In this document: piece by piece, positions 28,201-39,040 of the stretch
Position numbering within the stretch: position 1 is the stretch's first letter
Layout of the letters: each line of letters starts with the position of its first letter
Source of the DNA: Euglena gracilis
Taxonomy: Eukaryota
DNA: 64,000 nt
Direction of reading: 5' to 3'
Assembly: GCA_039621445.1 (NCBI GenBank)
Contig: CP154954.1
Coordinates: forward strand, 38,959,816 to 39,023,815
Made by a program: the position numbers and the translations under genes
The notes under the pieces: model-generated
The model's input: the letters and a program-made list of their open reading frames with translations, nothing else
The model's database searches: none
Told to the model about the DNA's origin: nothing

Positions 28201-28917
28201 TTTCTGAGTGGGAGTATGATACAACTTTACCGCATTTGCCTCCCTCGGTGACTTTTTGGATCATTTCACTCTCTTGCATTTCCTCCATCTTTTTTTGTCG
28301 GTTGTGTATTTGTTTTGACACATGGCCATTTTTTCGGTTTATTTCTGTTTGTCATCGTTTGTCCCCCCCCCCACCACCATATTTCCCTTCCTGGCTTCTC
28401 TGGCAATGACCCACCCACCCCCTCCCCGGCTCTGACCCCAACGGCGGCCACCGTCCCTCCCCTTCCCTTCCCCCCAGGGCCGCCGCGGCGGGCCGGCGCC
28501 AGTGTCGGGCGGCCCCACGGCGGAGGTCGGGCGCCGGCCGGGGCCCAGCCGACCGACCTCCGCCCCCGGCAGCGACAGCCGCGCCCCCGGCGCCGGTTCC
28601 CTACCCAGGGGGCCCCGCGCCCGTGCTCGGGTGGCCCAAACCGCCAACCGGTGGACAGTCCTGAATCATGGGGGGGTGGAGGGGCATTTTTTCCGCACGG
28701 CGGTGCGGATCAGATCTGGCCCGTCGCGCAGCCGCAACGCTCAACAAGACGTTGCATAGAGTTTTGGTGGAAAAGTATTTTGTGTTCTCTGTTGTGTTTC
28801 GGTTTGTGTGGCCGCCCTGCCGTCGATGCGCTGAGGCCACCGATTTGCAGGCGCAACTCACCCCAAGCAGGGTTTGGACTCTGTTTTCGAAAACGGACGG
28901 CGACGCGAACGCTTTAG
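15761..28917 (+). CDS. Multi-exon Pro/Ser-rich coding region (continuation of the upstream gene or a second gene)
   Basis: In-frame exons 15761-15989, 18863-18945, 19293-19376, 23077-23166, 23486-23590, 24370-24453, 27408-27536, 27756-27870, 28478-(<=28917). GC-AG introns at 19377-23076 and 24454-27407. The link to the upstream exons via ~15211-15249 is ambiguous. Confidence 0.65.
18946..19292 (+). other. Probable nonconventional intron containing CA/CACG microsatellites
   Basis: GAGGTCGG pairs with CTGACCTC; Y|R junctions; joins [14 protein letters not shown]. Confidence 0.55.
19727..21131. mobile_element. hAT-like MITE (CAGGGA-GGATGGGAAGCC family) with nested insertions including AATCACGAAT repeats
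   Basis: TIR CAGGGAAGGATGGGAAGCC / GGCTTCCCATCCTTCCCTG; outer parts are the reverse complement of 40773-41190. Confidence 0.7.
21190..22295. repeat. 10-11 bp satellite (GGGAATCTTA) with internal strand switches
   Basis: TAAGATTCCC units at ~21215-21540, then GGGAATCTTA units at ~21540-22295. Confidence 0.9.
24697..26580. mobile_element. Foldback element: ~550-bp inverted arms with a ~56-nt loop
   Basis: 24697-25249 is the near-perfect reverse complement of 25306-25795 plus 26441-26580; ~21-bp subterminal repeats; CAGTATT/AATACTG termini. Confidence 0.85.
25796..26438. mobile_element. TA-duplicating MITE nested in the foldback right arm
   Basis: TIR ACCCCC..TTTAAACCGACCC / GGGTCGGTTTAAA..GGGGGT; TA at 25794-95 and 26439-40; the left arm shows the uninterrupted site. 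Confidence 0.8.
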
Positions 28918-30047
28918 AGGATTTGACCCGGGTCTTTGCTCCGTGCCTGCGCAAAACATGTTTTCAATGCCATCTCAGCTTTGGAGTGTTAGGCACTGAT
29001 TCAGAGAACTATTTGGAGGGGGTGGAGGCTTTTTTACAGCCTACTATCACTACGATTTGGTGACTGATGAAGGAGTTTGTGTCTTCAAAAACCCAAATGA
29101 GGGAACCCCTGCGCCTGCTGACCTGGGCCCATTTGAAACAGTCACATGGCCCTCATGTGTGGATGGGCATTCCAGTGCGGCAGCCGGATTAGTGCCTTCG
29201 GGTTTGAAAAACATGCGGACATCATAAAACCTGCAAACTATTAAAGGATCAGGGTTTTCAACCCACTGTTTTCAGAACCCAACATTCTCAGTTCCAATTC
29301 CTGCATGTTCTTTTCCAAATCTTCAACAGTTTTTTCATGGGAGACCAGGAAAATCATTATTTCCTACCCGTGGGAAGAAAAAAAAAGGACCTAACCAACC
29401 CTGCCCCTCCGGTGGAGAGGTACAAGCACATAGGAGGCCCCATGCTTGGCTTATTCATAAATTTTCCAAAAAAGAAGGCAAGGACAGCCACCGGATCCCA
29501 CCCGGCACCCCGGGCTCCGCACTTTGCCATTGTGCGGCCACGCCTTTTTCGCCGGCGCTTTGCTGTGTGATTGTTCGCTGCGCTGGTTTAGGAGGTCCCG
29601 CTTAGTGCCTTTTTTCGCCGGAGTTGGCTGATTCCGAACTTTCCCTTCAACACCCAGAAGAAAGGAGAGAGTTCACGAACGAAGAAGACCTGAGAAAAGA
29701 AGTCCATATCAATTCAATATCCAGAAGGACACGAACCAGACGAATACCAATTGAGAGTTCAACTCTCAATTTTGACTTCAATGGGCAAATGAGTGGAGAA
29801 GAAATTGGAATTGCATCCACGGACGTACTGGAGCAGTGGCCGCAGAAGCTGGAGAACTTGGCGACGCGGTCGACACGTGGTAAACCGTGGTCGTTTTTCC
29901 TCCCAGACCCCCACCCCAAAAATTTCCCAGCCCAACCCCCCCAGTGACGGCCACGGTCCTTGGACCACTGTGGCAAGAAGGCCCAGAAGACAGAAGTCAG
30001 CCCCAGCCCTTGGTGGGCAAAGGATGGGCCATGGGGGCCCAAATTAC

Positions 30048-33000
30048 GACCATTCGGGCTCCGCACTGCGAGATGGTGAGGTCCTGCTTTCCTTGCCGGC
30101 TGTTCTGTTCTGGTGTGTTTGTGCGTGCGCGGGGGGTGCTTCTTACTGCTTTTTGTTGCCGGAGTTGGCTGATTCCTATTTCTGCCCTTCGACCTCAAGG
30201 AGAAAGAATTTTACTCTACGACTCAAGTGGACGAAAATTTTCGGAACTTCAACTACCTGACGGAAGAATTCAACTTTTCGAAGATCAACAACGAGACTTC
30301 CATGAAGAATGAATTTCAAAGAACCTTTGAATTTCAAGAAGAACTTCAACGGACTTCCAAGAAGTCAACTGAAGCTGGGGAAGGTGGAGACACAGCAGCA
30401 GCTGCAGCAGCTGGAGGGGCGGCAACAGCTCGTCAGTCCGTGGCCATCGCAACCCCCCCACCCCCCAACGCTTCAGAGATTTCAAAACTCCAGGTTTCAG
30501 ACTCCCCCACTAACAATGATGGCCATGGACCATGGACAACTGTGGTCAGGAAGAGACGACAGAGGGGGACCACCATCACAGGTCCAACAGACTCCACCCC
30601 CTTTTCTCAGTTCCTCCCCTTTCAGGGGAAAAAGCAAAGGCTATGGCAGCCTCAATCCAAAGGATTCAGATCCAAGTCAAGGCTATGGCAGCCATCATTG
30701 GACAGGGCCTGGGGCCCAGAATCATGGCTATGGAAGCCATCATCCAAGAGGGCAGTGGGCCCAGGAGCAAGGCTATGGCAGCCTGTGTCCAAACCTGGGA
30801 AGCTCCCATGGGGGAAAGGTATGTCCAACTTACCCCACAGCTCCCTCAAACACAAACCCCTCAGGAGCTGCACATCCAGGCAAGCAACCCCCCCTTCAGG
30901 GGAAGGCCAATGGAGGCCATTATGTGCAAGAGGCCAATGGTGGCCAGGGGAAGCATCGAAATATCAAGGCCAATGGAGGCCATTATATGCAAAAGGCCAA
31001 TGGAGGCCAGGAGAAGCATCAAGATTTCAAGGCCAATGGAGGCCATTTCAATCAAAATCAAGTGGCCATTGGAGGCCAATGCATTCAAGATCACACCAGC
31101 CCTTGGGGGGGAGGCCCAAGATTGGCTACACAAGGGCCCCCCCAGAAGGTAATCAAGCCAAACCCCCCAGCTATATATGTACCTCCCCATTGCAGACACA
31201 GACTTTCCCCAATCTTTCAAAATCAGGGGGAAAGCCTGTCTTTGGGCAGCCCTATGGCAGGGCCAGAGGTGACCCCAGTGATGGGGCAGCCAGGCAGGAC
31301 CCCAGTGATGGGGCAGCCAGGCAGGACCCCAGTGATGGGGCAGCCAGGGGAAGGGACCCCAGTGATGGGGCCTGTGGACTCCCCAGACACATTACACCCA
31401 GGGGTGCCCCCATTCATGGCCCTGCAGGCCAGCATTCACCATTGGGTCAAGGCAGGGGCCAGCACAGAGGTATTAAACCTGATAAGGGAAGGGGTCAGGG
31501 CAGATCTTCCCCTCCCCCCTCAGATGTCCTTAAAGATTCCCTTCAAAACCCCCCAAGAAATAATGACTGCCCAAAAAATTCTGAGGGAATACGAATGTGC
31601 AGGGGCAACCAGGAAAATCACCCCAGAGGGAGCAAAACATTTTGTCCCCTATTTTATCATTTCCAAACAGGAAGGGGGAAAGACAAAGGAAAGATTAATT
31701 TCAGAATGTCGACAGTTAAATCAACATTTCACCCCCCAGAAGTTCAGACTGGAACACATGGGAAACATTTTCCCATATCTGAGAAAGGGTTGGTTCTGTG
31801 GAAAAATAGATCTGAAAGATGCTTATTTCCATTTAAAGCTGCACAGCAGCCTGGAAAAGCATGTCTGCATGCAAGTGGGGGGGGAAACGTGGCAATTTCA
31901 AGCTGCATGCTTTGGGTTAAGCAGCCTGCCACAAAAGTTTATGACTCTCATGAGAGTCTGGGAAAGAAAATGGAGGAAGGAAGGAAAGGTAGTTTTCATC
32001 TACCTAGACGACATTTTGCTGTTAGCCCCCAGCAAAAAGACAGCAGCCCAGCATTTGGCAGAAATGAAAAAAGATCTGTTACTGGCAGGTTTCAGAATAA
32101 ACCTCCCCAAATCATGTCTGGAACCAACACAAGAAATAAAGCATTTGGGCCAGTGGATCAATTTGAAAAAAGGCCAGCTGGAAATTCCACAGGAAAAATT
32201 AAAATCCCTAAGAAAGGAATTAGGAAAGGTGCTGACAGCACAAAAGATGAGCTGCAGAAAACTCAGCTCTATTGTAGGGCAAGTCAGAAGCTATTTAGTT
32301 TCAATGCCTTTTCTCAGAATTCTGACAGATCAACTTTGCAAAAGGGTGGATTTGCACACAAAGTGGGGTTGGGACCACACCCTGACCATTCCCCAGGGGG
32401 TCAAAGATCAAATTGTGGAGTTAAAAACGTTTTTGCAGCCAGGTGTGGGCAGAGCCTTTCAATCCCAGGCCTCTCAGGAACTGTTCTCAGACAGCAGCAC
32501 CTGGCAATGGGGGGGGCTGGACAAAAAGTCTGGTCAAAAGGTTTAGGATTTCTGGAGGGACCTGCATGTCCTTCACATCAATCAAAAAGAATTGATGTCT
32601 GCAGTGGAAACTGTAAAGGCTTTGGCAAAACCAAAACAAACCATTGTTCTTCATGTGGACAGCCAGGTGGCAGTCAGTTATTTGACAAAATGGGGAGGCA
32701 AAAAGCCATATTTAAATTCCATCCTAAAACCCCTTCTCTACCATTGCCAAGAAAGGCAAATCAACTTGCAGGTGGTTTGGGTTCCCACAAAAGAACAATT
32801 GGCAGACTCCCTGACCAGGGAGCAAAAAGATCCAGGGGATTATACCCTGAACCTGACCATTTTTCATCTGATTGTGAAGTTTTTCAAAAACCAGATCACC
32901 CCAGAGGTGGACATGTTTTGCACACCCAGCAACAAAAAATTCCCCAAGTTCATTTGTCGATACCCCCACCAAGGGGCTTTGTTGGTGGATGCTCTGAAGG

Positions 33001-34662
33001 CAGATTTAAGGGGTCTCCCCCCAGTTTATGCCAACCCTCCCTGGAGCATCATTCCCCAATGGGTTCAGAGATTAATGTTAAACCCAGACCTAATTTGTCT
33101 GTTGATTGTACCCCACTGGGCTTCGACATCATGGTGGCGCCAATTAATGTCAATCAGGCAGCCAGGCAGCAAGGTTTTGCTAGTACCCCCCCAATGGGGT
33201 CTGTTCACCAACTGCTGGGGGGAGGAGATGCCCCCCCCAAGGTGGAATTTGGCCTGCTTGATTGTGTCAGGCAAATATTACAATCCCAGGAAGTTTCGAT
33301 GTCCAGTATCGACACTTACATAAAAAATCTGGGAAATGTCAAAAGATATGACTCAGCCTTCAGGGCATTGGTGGGTCAATTATTGCACAAAGGGGTGCCT
33401 CTGCAGCAGTGCACAGTCCCCAAGATGGCTGAAGCCATCCTTGATCTTGCTGTTCATAGCATCAATACTGCACGAAATGCATATGCAGCAGCCTTATTAC
33501 TCCCAGGGTTTGGGTCTTTGAGATTTTCACCCCTTCTGGCTCCATTGAAAAGGAAGTGGAATGCCAATGTCTGCAAGTATGCCCACTTTTGGGACCCCAC
33601 TGATTTCCTAGAACACATCATGAGGAATTCCACACCCCTCTCAGACCTATCTGTGAAAGAGCTCAGAAACAGACTCATCATCTGTTGGAGGCTTTTGGCC
33701 CTCCACAGGGGGGTTGATTTAGCCAGGACACAGCGAAAAATCAGTTTCGTGGGAGAAAAAATTTTCATTTTATTGCAAAGGAAAGGGTGGCAATTCCCAA
33801 AATGGGAAGAGATTTTGAATTTGCCACACACCCCCCTCATCAGCCCATGGCATTTATTGAAAGAGTATGTGGAGAGGACAGCCCACATGGTTGGGCACAA
33901 AAATAATTTGTTGTGGTCTTTGGATGGTAAAAGACCTTTGACATCAGAAAGGGTGAATTCCCTAACCAAAGAAATTCTGCAGGAGGGGGGGGTGGACACC
34001 ACCCACTGGAAACCCCACAGCACCAGAGGGGCTGGGGTCTTATGGTGGAAAAATGCTGGTTTGCAAGTGGAAGAAGTCCAGCAGCTGGGTCAGTGGAAAA
34101 ATTTTGGTGCCTTCCAAGCTCATTATTTGAGGCTGGGAGTCGTGTCAAAAATTAAAAATATTATGGCCCAAAGGGGGGTGCACAGTACCTCACCATCTCG
34201 CAGTGCGGAGCCCGAATGGTCTCGGACTCCCACGACAAAGGAAGGGGGAGGAAGGGACCAAGAGGGCGAAGCACAAGAAGATGGTGAGCCCATCCCTCCC
34301 ACCCAAAAAATCAGCAGAAAAAGAAAGACATCCCAACCAGAAAAGGGACCCCCAACCACGCAGCCCCAACCACCCACCCAGAAACACAGAAAGAGACCAC
34401 CATCCCCATCAGGGGGGGGGCCCCCACCAAGCGACCACGGGAGAGGGGGGGGGCGGGGCCACGGCGGTTCAGCTTCGCCAAGGTGTCGGAGGAGGCCTCA
34501 TCATCGCCAACTCCGGCAACAAAGGCGCAGTAAGAAGCACCCCCCGCGCACGCACAAACACACCAGAACAGAACAGCCGGCAAGGAAAGCAGGACCTCAC
34601 CATCTTCTTGTGCTTCGCCCTCTTGGTCCCTTCCTCCCCCTTCCTTTGTCGTGGGAGTCCGA
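30048..34662 (+). mobile_element. Near-intact DIRS1-like tyrosine-recombinase retrotransposon (inner copy)
   Basis: ITRs 30071-30169 / 34506-34605; ICR 34187-34288 is complementary to both the left end and the right extension; RT-RH-MT and YR in overlapping frames. Confidence 0.93.
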
Positions 34663-34756
34663 TACACATTTGGACAATCAAAGCCCACACATCAGGGGCA
34701 TCTCCCCCAAAGGCGCAGTCGCCTTTGCACAAATTGGCCAGAAGAGGGGGAGATGA
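30227..34756 (+). CDS. Long ORF: gag-like/low-complexity N-terminus, tyrosine recombinase at ~33299-34150
   Basis: Catalytic pattern HRGVDL (R), HSTRG (HxxR), LGQWK (W), FQAHY (Y). Confidence 0.85.
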   Translation: MDENFRNFNYLTEEFNFSKINNETSMKNEFQRTFEFQEELQRTSKKSTEAGEGGDTAAAAAAGGAATARQSVAIATPPPPNASEISKLQVSDSPTNNDGHGPWTTVVRKRRQRGTTITGPTDSTPFSQFLPFQGKKQRLWQPQSKGFRSKSRLWQPSLDRAWGPESWLWKPSSKRAVGPGARLWQPVSKPGKLPWGKGMSNLPHSSLKHKPLRSCTSRQATPPSGEGQWRPLCARGQWWPGEASKYQGQWRPLYAKGQWRPGEASRFQGQWRPFQSKSSGHWRPMHSRSHQPLGGRPKIGYTRAPPEGNQAKPPSYICTSPLQTQTFPNLSKSGGKPVFGQPYGRARGDPSDGAARQDPSDGAARQDPSDGAARGRDPSDGACGLPRHITPRGAPIHGPAGQHSPLGQGRGQHRGIKPDKGRGQGRSSPPPSDVLKDSLQNPPRNNDCPKNSEGIRMCRGNQENHPRGSKTFCPLFYHFQTGRGKDKGKINFRMSTVKSTFHPPEVQTGTHGKHFPISEKGLVLWKNRSERCLFPFKAAQQPGKACLHASGGGNVAISSCMLWVKQPATKVYDSHESLGKKMEEGRKGSFHLPRRHFAVSPQQKDSSPAFGRNEKRSVTGRFQNKPPQIMSGTNTRNKAFGPVDQFEKRPAGNSTGKIKIPKKGIRKGADSTKDELQKTQLYCRASQKLFSFNAFSQNSDRSTLQKGGFAHKVGLGPHPDHSPGGQRSNCGVKNVFAARCGQSLSIPGLSGTVLRQQHLAMGGAGQKVWSKGLGFLEGPACPSHQSKRIDVCSGNCKGFGKTKTNHCSSCGQPGGSQLFDKMGRQKAIFKFHPKTPSLPLPRKANQLAGGLGSHKRTIGRLPDQGAKRSRGLYPEPDHFSSDCEVFQKPDHPRGGHVLHTQQQKIPQVHLSIPPPRGFVGGCSEGRFKGSPPSLCQPSLEHHSPMGSEINVKPRPNLSVDCTPLGFDIMVAPINVNQAARQQGFASTPPMGSVHQLLGGGDAPPKVEFGLLDCVRQILQSQEVSMSSIDTYIKNLGNVKRYDSAFRALVGQLLHKGVPLQQCTVPKMAEAILDLAVHSINTARNAYAAALLLPGFGSLRFSPLLAPLKRKWNANVCKYAHFWDPTDFLEHIMRNSTPLSDLSVKELRNRLIICWRLLALHRGVDLARTQRKISFVGEKIFILLQRKGWQFPKWEEILNLPHTPLISPWHLLKEYVERTAHMVGHKNNLLWSLDGKRPLTSERVNSLTKEILQEGGVDTTHWKPHSTRGAGVLWWKNAGLQVEEVQQLGQWKNFGAFQAHYLRLGVVSKIKNIMAQRGVHSTSPSRSAEPEWSRTPTTKEGGGRDQEGEAQEDGEPIPPTQKISRKRKTSQPEKGPPTTQPQPPTQKHRKRPPSPSGGGPPPSDHGRGGGRGHGGSASPRCRRRPHHRQLRQQRRSKKHPPRTHKHTRTEQPARKAGPHHLLVLRPLGPFLPLPLSWESDTHLDNQSPHIRGISPKGAVAFAQIGQKRGR
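30309..33323 (+). CDS. pol: reverse transcriptase, RNase H and N6-adenine-methyltransferase-like domain, with one TAG at 32544-32546
   Basis: KIDLKDAYFH, FGL, YLDD; SDSS, HINQKEL, VDSQ, ADSLTR; VDMF and YANPPW. The homologous codon in the outer copy is CAA (IVQEFWR). Confidence 0.9.
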
Positions 34757-35567
34757 AATCAAGGCGAAGGAGGTCAACGCCACAAAGACCAACAGGTGGA
34801 TTATGGGGGAAAAAAACTTTTCATGGAGACCTTGGAGACCAGCCGGGTGGACCCACAGTGGCCACCAAGAAGCTAAGGAAGCTGCTGGTAAAATCTCCCG
34901 AGGGACCCACAGGGGCCCTCTGCCAAAAATGGGGGAAAAAGGGACCCACAGTGGCCCTTTAAATGACCCAGCCCCAGGAGGAAAAGGGACCCACAGTGGC
35001 CCTTTAAATGACCCAGCCCCAGGAGGAAAAGGGACCCACAGTGGCCCTTATGGAGGGAGGGCAAGAACCCCTCCAACAATTATTTCTCAATTCCCAATTA
35101 TTCAATCAAGGGGGGGAACAACAGAGGCTCCCCTCTGGTATGTCAACCAACCACATCAACATGGAGAAGACCAGATAGGCCAAATAGGGGCATTAAGCCC
35201 TATGGTATGCCTTCCAACAACAAGATCCTCCAGAGAGGTGAGCAGAGAGGGAGAGAGTGCATGCACATCGCCCCAGAAAAAAATTTGTTTTTTCAAGGGC
35301 CCAAGCCCTAGGGGACCTAGGGGTGCAATGTCCAACACCCCCAGCCCAGCCCCCCCCAAAATCACCTTATCCAGAAAATAAATTCAATGGAGGAAATAGG
35401 GGGGACACCCCCTCCATCAAAGGTTGCAAAAGCCAAAAATGACCATCACCCCCAGCCCAGCCCTCCCAAAATCAGGTTCTCCAGGAAATAAATTCCATGG
35501 AAGAAAAATGGGGAGACACCCCCCTCCATCAAAGGTTGCAAAAAAAGATTGAAATGGTGGACAAAAA

Positions 35568-38220
35568 GTGCCCCCCCCCCCAACAACATGTCAACTCATC
35601 AGGGATGGCATTCAACCCCCCTGGGTCAGCCAACTAAAATTGTCCATCCACCCAAAAATCAGAGCAAATTTGAACCTACCCCAAGCAGAAAAAAATAATG
35701 CTGGAATACGAAAAATATGGAACCGTAAAGAGGGTGAGGGATTCAACCACCCAGCACCTGGGTTTCTGATTTCAAAGCCAGAGGGGGGGCAGACAAAATG
35801 GAGGATAATAAGCGATTGCAGGGAATTAAATCAAAGGTTCCAAGCGAAACATTTCAAGCTGGATCACATCCAGCACATTTTTCCAGTGTTAGAAAAAGGC
35901 CACTGGGCAGCAAAAATAGACCTAAAGGATGCTTACTTCCACATCCCAGTGAACCAGGCCCTAAGGCGCTTTCTAAGACATCGGGTGGGGGGGCAGACCT
36001 GGGAATTCCAGGCAGGCTGTTTCGGCCTGAAGTTAATGCCCCAAATTTTTATGTCAGTAATGAAGACATTCGAAAAACTGTGGACGAAAAGGGGCATCCA
36101 GGTATTTATTTACCTGGACGACATTTTGCTGGTGGCCCCAACACAAAACATCTTACAAAATCACCTGAACACAGTGGTCAGGGATTTACGCAAATCAGGG
36201 TTCAAAATCAATGTGAAAAAGTCCACCTCACAGCCCACCAAAATCGTAAATCATCTTGGATTTCAGCTAAACTTCCAAGAGGGAAAATTAAAGGTGCCCC
36301 CCCCCAGAAAATAAAAACAGTAAAAAAGGAGCTGGGAAAAATGGTGAAAAAAGCTTACATGTCAAAAAGGCAATTGGCTGCCATTTTGGGCCAAATCAGA
36401 TGCAATCTAATGGCCTTGCCCTTTCTAAGGGCCTATACAGATGCCCTGGCAAAATTTTTTGGTGGAAAATTCCACTGCCCCCTGGGACTCAAAACACCCC
36501 ATTCCCCAAAGAATAAAGGACCAATTAAGAGAAATAAAAATTCTGCTGGACACCTGGGGGGGGGGCAGACCCTTCCACCAAATTGCAACCAGGGAGTTGC
36601 ACTCAGACAGCAGTACCCATGCCTGGGGTGGGCTGGACATTCGAACAGGCAAAATTGTGCAAGAATTTTGGAGGGAAAACTCCCTTTTGCACATAAATGT
36701 CAAAGAATTAAGTGCAGCAATAAGCACAGTTCAAAGCCTCAGCCAGCCAGGAGAACCTGTGTCCCTATCCGTGGACAATCAAGTAATTTACTATTAATTA
36801 ACAAAAGGGGGGGGCAGAGAAGACCTTTTCAATTCCATGCTAAGACCTTTCTTCAAATGGTGCATGGAGCACAACATAAATCCAAGTAAAGTGGGTCCCC
36901 TCCAAGGAATGCCTGGCATACCCCATAAGCAGGTGGGAAATGGACAGGGGGGATTATTCCATGGACCCCAAACTTTTTCAATGGCAAAGGCAGCCGCCCA
37001 AAATTACATCAACCTAAAAACAGACCTTTTTGCCTCACCAGGCAACAAAAAACTGCCCAATTTGTGGCCAGGTGGCCCCACTGGGGAGCCACAGCAGTAT
37101 ACGCATTACAATGTCCACTGGACAACATGGGAGATCTTTATGCAAACCCCCCCGGTCTGTAATCCAAAAATTTCTGCCCAGGTTGGAAATGTTTCCCCAG
37201 ACCAAAGTTTTGATGGTCACCCCCTTCTGGGATTCAGCCACTTGGTGGCCCAAATTAATAAAAATGAAAGTTCCAGGGACCCCCTGCCTGAAAATCACCC
37301 CCCTACAAGGGTATGTTCACCAATTGCAGGGGAGAAAAAATGCCACCCCCGCCCAGGTGGCCCCTGCTTTGCATGCATTGCTCAGGCAAATTCTGGAGGG
37401 AAAACAAATACAAAATACAACCATTAACCATTTCCTGGGCAGAAACCCCAGCTTAAAGCGTTATCAAAGCGCTTTTACGCTTTTATGGGTGATTTTGGAC
37501 AAAATGGGGGTACCGCCCCCTGAAGCCACCACTGACCAAGTGGTTGACGCTTTAATTCAACTGTTCCAATTTTCAAAGGCCCAAGAAAAAAGGTGGCCTA
37601 AGGTTCCATGCCATGTTGGCACCTTATAAAATGCTTTGGAACCAAAACCTGGAGAAATACGGTGCATTCTGGGATCCCCTGCTAATCCTCCTGGGGCTGA
37701 CACAGTCCCCCCTGCCCTCTGATATATGTACATTGCGTACACAACTCATTTTCTGTTCACGAATCCCCTGTTTATACAGAAGCTCAGATTTGGAACAGGT
37801 CCAAAGAACCACCAGTGTGCTTGGGGGGGCCTCCCTACATCAAAATTAAACGTAAAGGTCAAAAACTCCATAAGTGGGAGCGAGTTGTCTCCATTCCCCA
37901 GTGCCCCCCGTTCAGTCCCTTTCATTTAATGATGTCTTATGTGGCAGCAACACGTTTCTTTATGAAACCTGGGGGCCCCCCCCGTTAATTACGTTAAAAC
38001 CCTCCTGCAAAGCCATTAAGGCAGATATCATTGCTTCTATCACCAAGAAATTTTTGACCAACAGGGGGTACCCCAGGTTTGGGGACCACACTCCACCAGA
38101 GGGTTGGTTTACTCAAAAAATTGGGCCTTTCTGCCCAAGAAGTTTGTGAACTTGGTCAATGGAAGGGTGTGGAGGCTTTCACAGCCCACTCTCAAAGACT
38201 TGGTGCCAAGGTGCTTTGGA
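35568..38220 (+). pseudogene. Frameshifted RT/RNase H/MT/YR of the outer DIRS element
   Basis: KIDLKDAYFH, YLDD, SDSS, HINVKEL, TDLFAS, KYGAFWDP, ELGQWK spread over several frames. Confidence 0.85.
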
Positions 38221-38726
38221 AGGTGCCCTGCCCCCCCCTTTTTCAGTGCACAATCTGGCCTCACAATGTCAAAGTGCGGAGCCCGAGGTGTCTCGTACTC
38301 CCTTGAGGCAAGCCGAAAAGGGAAGAAGGGGCACCGAGGGCGAAGTACAAAGACATTGTGAGCCCGACCCCCCACACCAATATACGAAAATTTGTCTTCA
38401 AACGCCCTCGGTCAGAAGATGGGGGCCAGGGGGGAGGTGGGGGGGACCCCCCCCCAGGGAAAAAGAAATCGCCATGGTCGCCACGTAGGAGACAGTGCAG
38501 CCAACTCCGGCGAAAAAAAGGCACTAAGCGGGACCTCCTGACCCAGCGCAGCGAACAATCACACAGCAAAACGCCGGCGAGCAAGGCATGGCCTCACAAT
38601 GTCTTTGTGCTTCGCCCTCGGTGTCCCTTCTTCCATTTTCGGCTTGCCTCGAGGGACTTGTGCTTAGTCGGGCAGGCACCCCATAGCACCCGATCCGACC
38701 CCCCCCCCCCCGGGTACATGGTCATC

Positions 38727-39040
38727 ATCACAAGGGTAAAGTGCGGGGCCGAGGTGTCTGGTACGCGCTCGAGGAAAACCGACAAGGCAGGAAGGTGCAC
38801 CGAGGGCGAAGCAAAATGACCTTGTGAGCCCGACCGCGCCACCCGTAAAATTTATTTTGTGTTCTAAAGCCCTCGACAGAAAATTTTGTGTTCAAAAGCG
38901 GTCGGCAGAAAATGGGGGCCAGGGGGGGGGGCAGCGGGGGATGGGGGGTAAGGGGCAAGAAACCACGTCGCCACGTCGGAGCAGCATCATCCGCCAACTC
39001 CGGCAATGCGGCACTAAGCAAGGACTCCTATCCCAGCGGG
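38727..39040 (+). mobile_element. Third DIRS fragment (ICR plus start of the right ITR)
   Basis: AAAGTGCGGGGCCGAGGTGTC...CACCGAGGGCGAAG...TTGTGAGCCCGACC...GCCAACTCCGGC matches 38272-38530. Confidence 0.75.

Larger units (their letters stand above)
29504..38656 (+). mobile_element. Degenerate DIRS1-like retrotransposon (outer copy, split by the inner copy)
   Basis: ITRs ~29528-29633 / ~38498-38600; ICR ~38258-38362; ORF1 motif DGHGPWTTV shared with the inner copy; frameshifted RT/RH/MT/YR at 35.5-38.2 kb. Confidence 0.85.
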
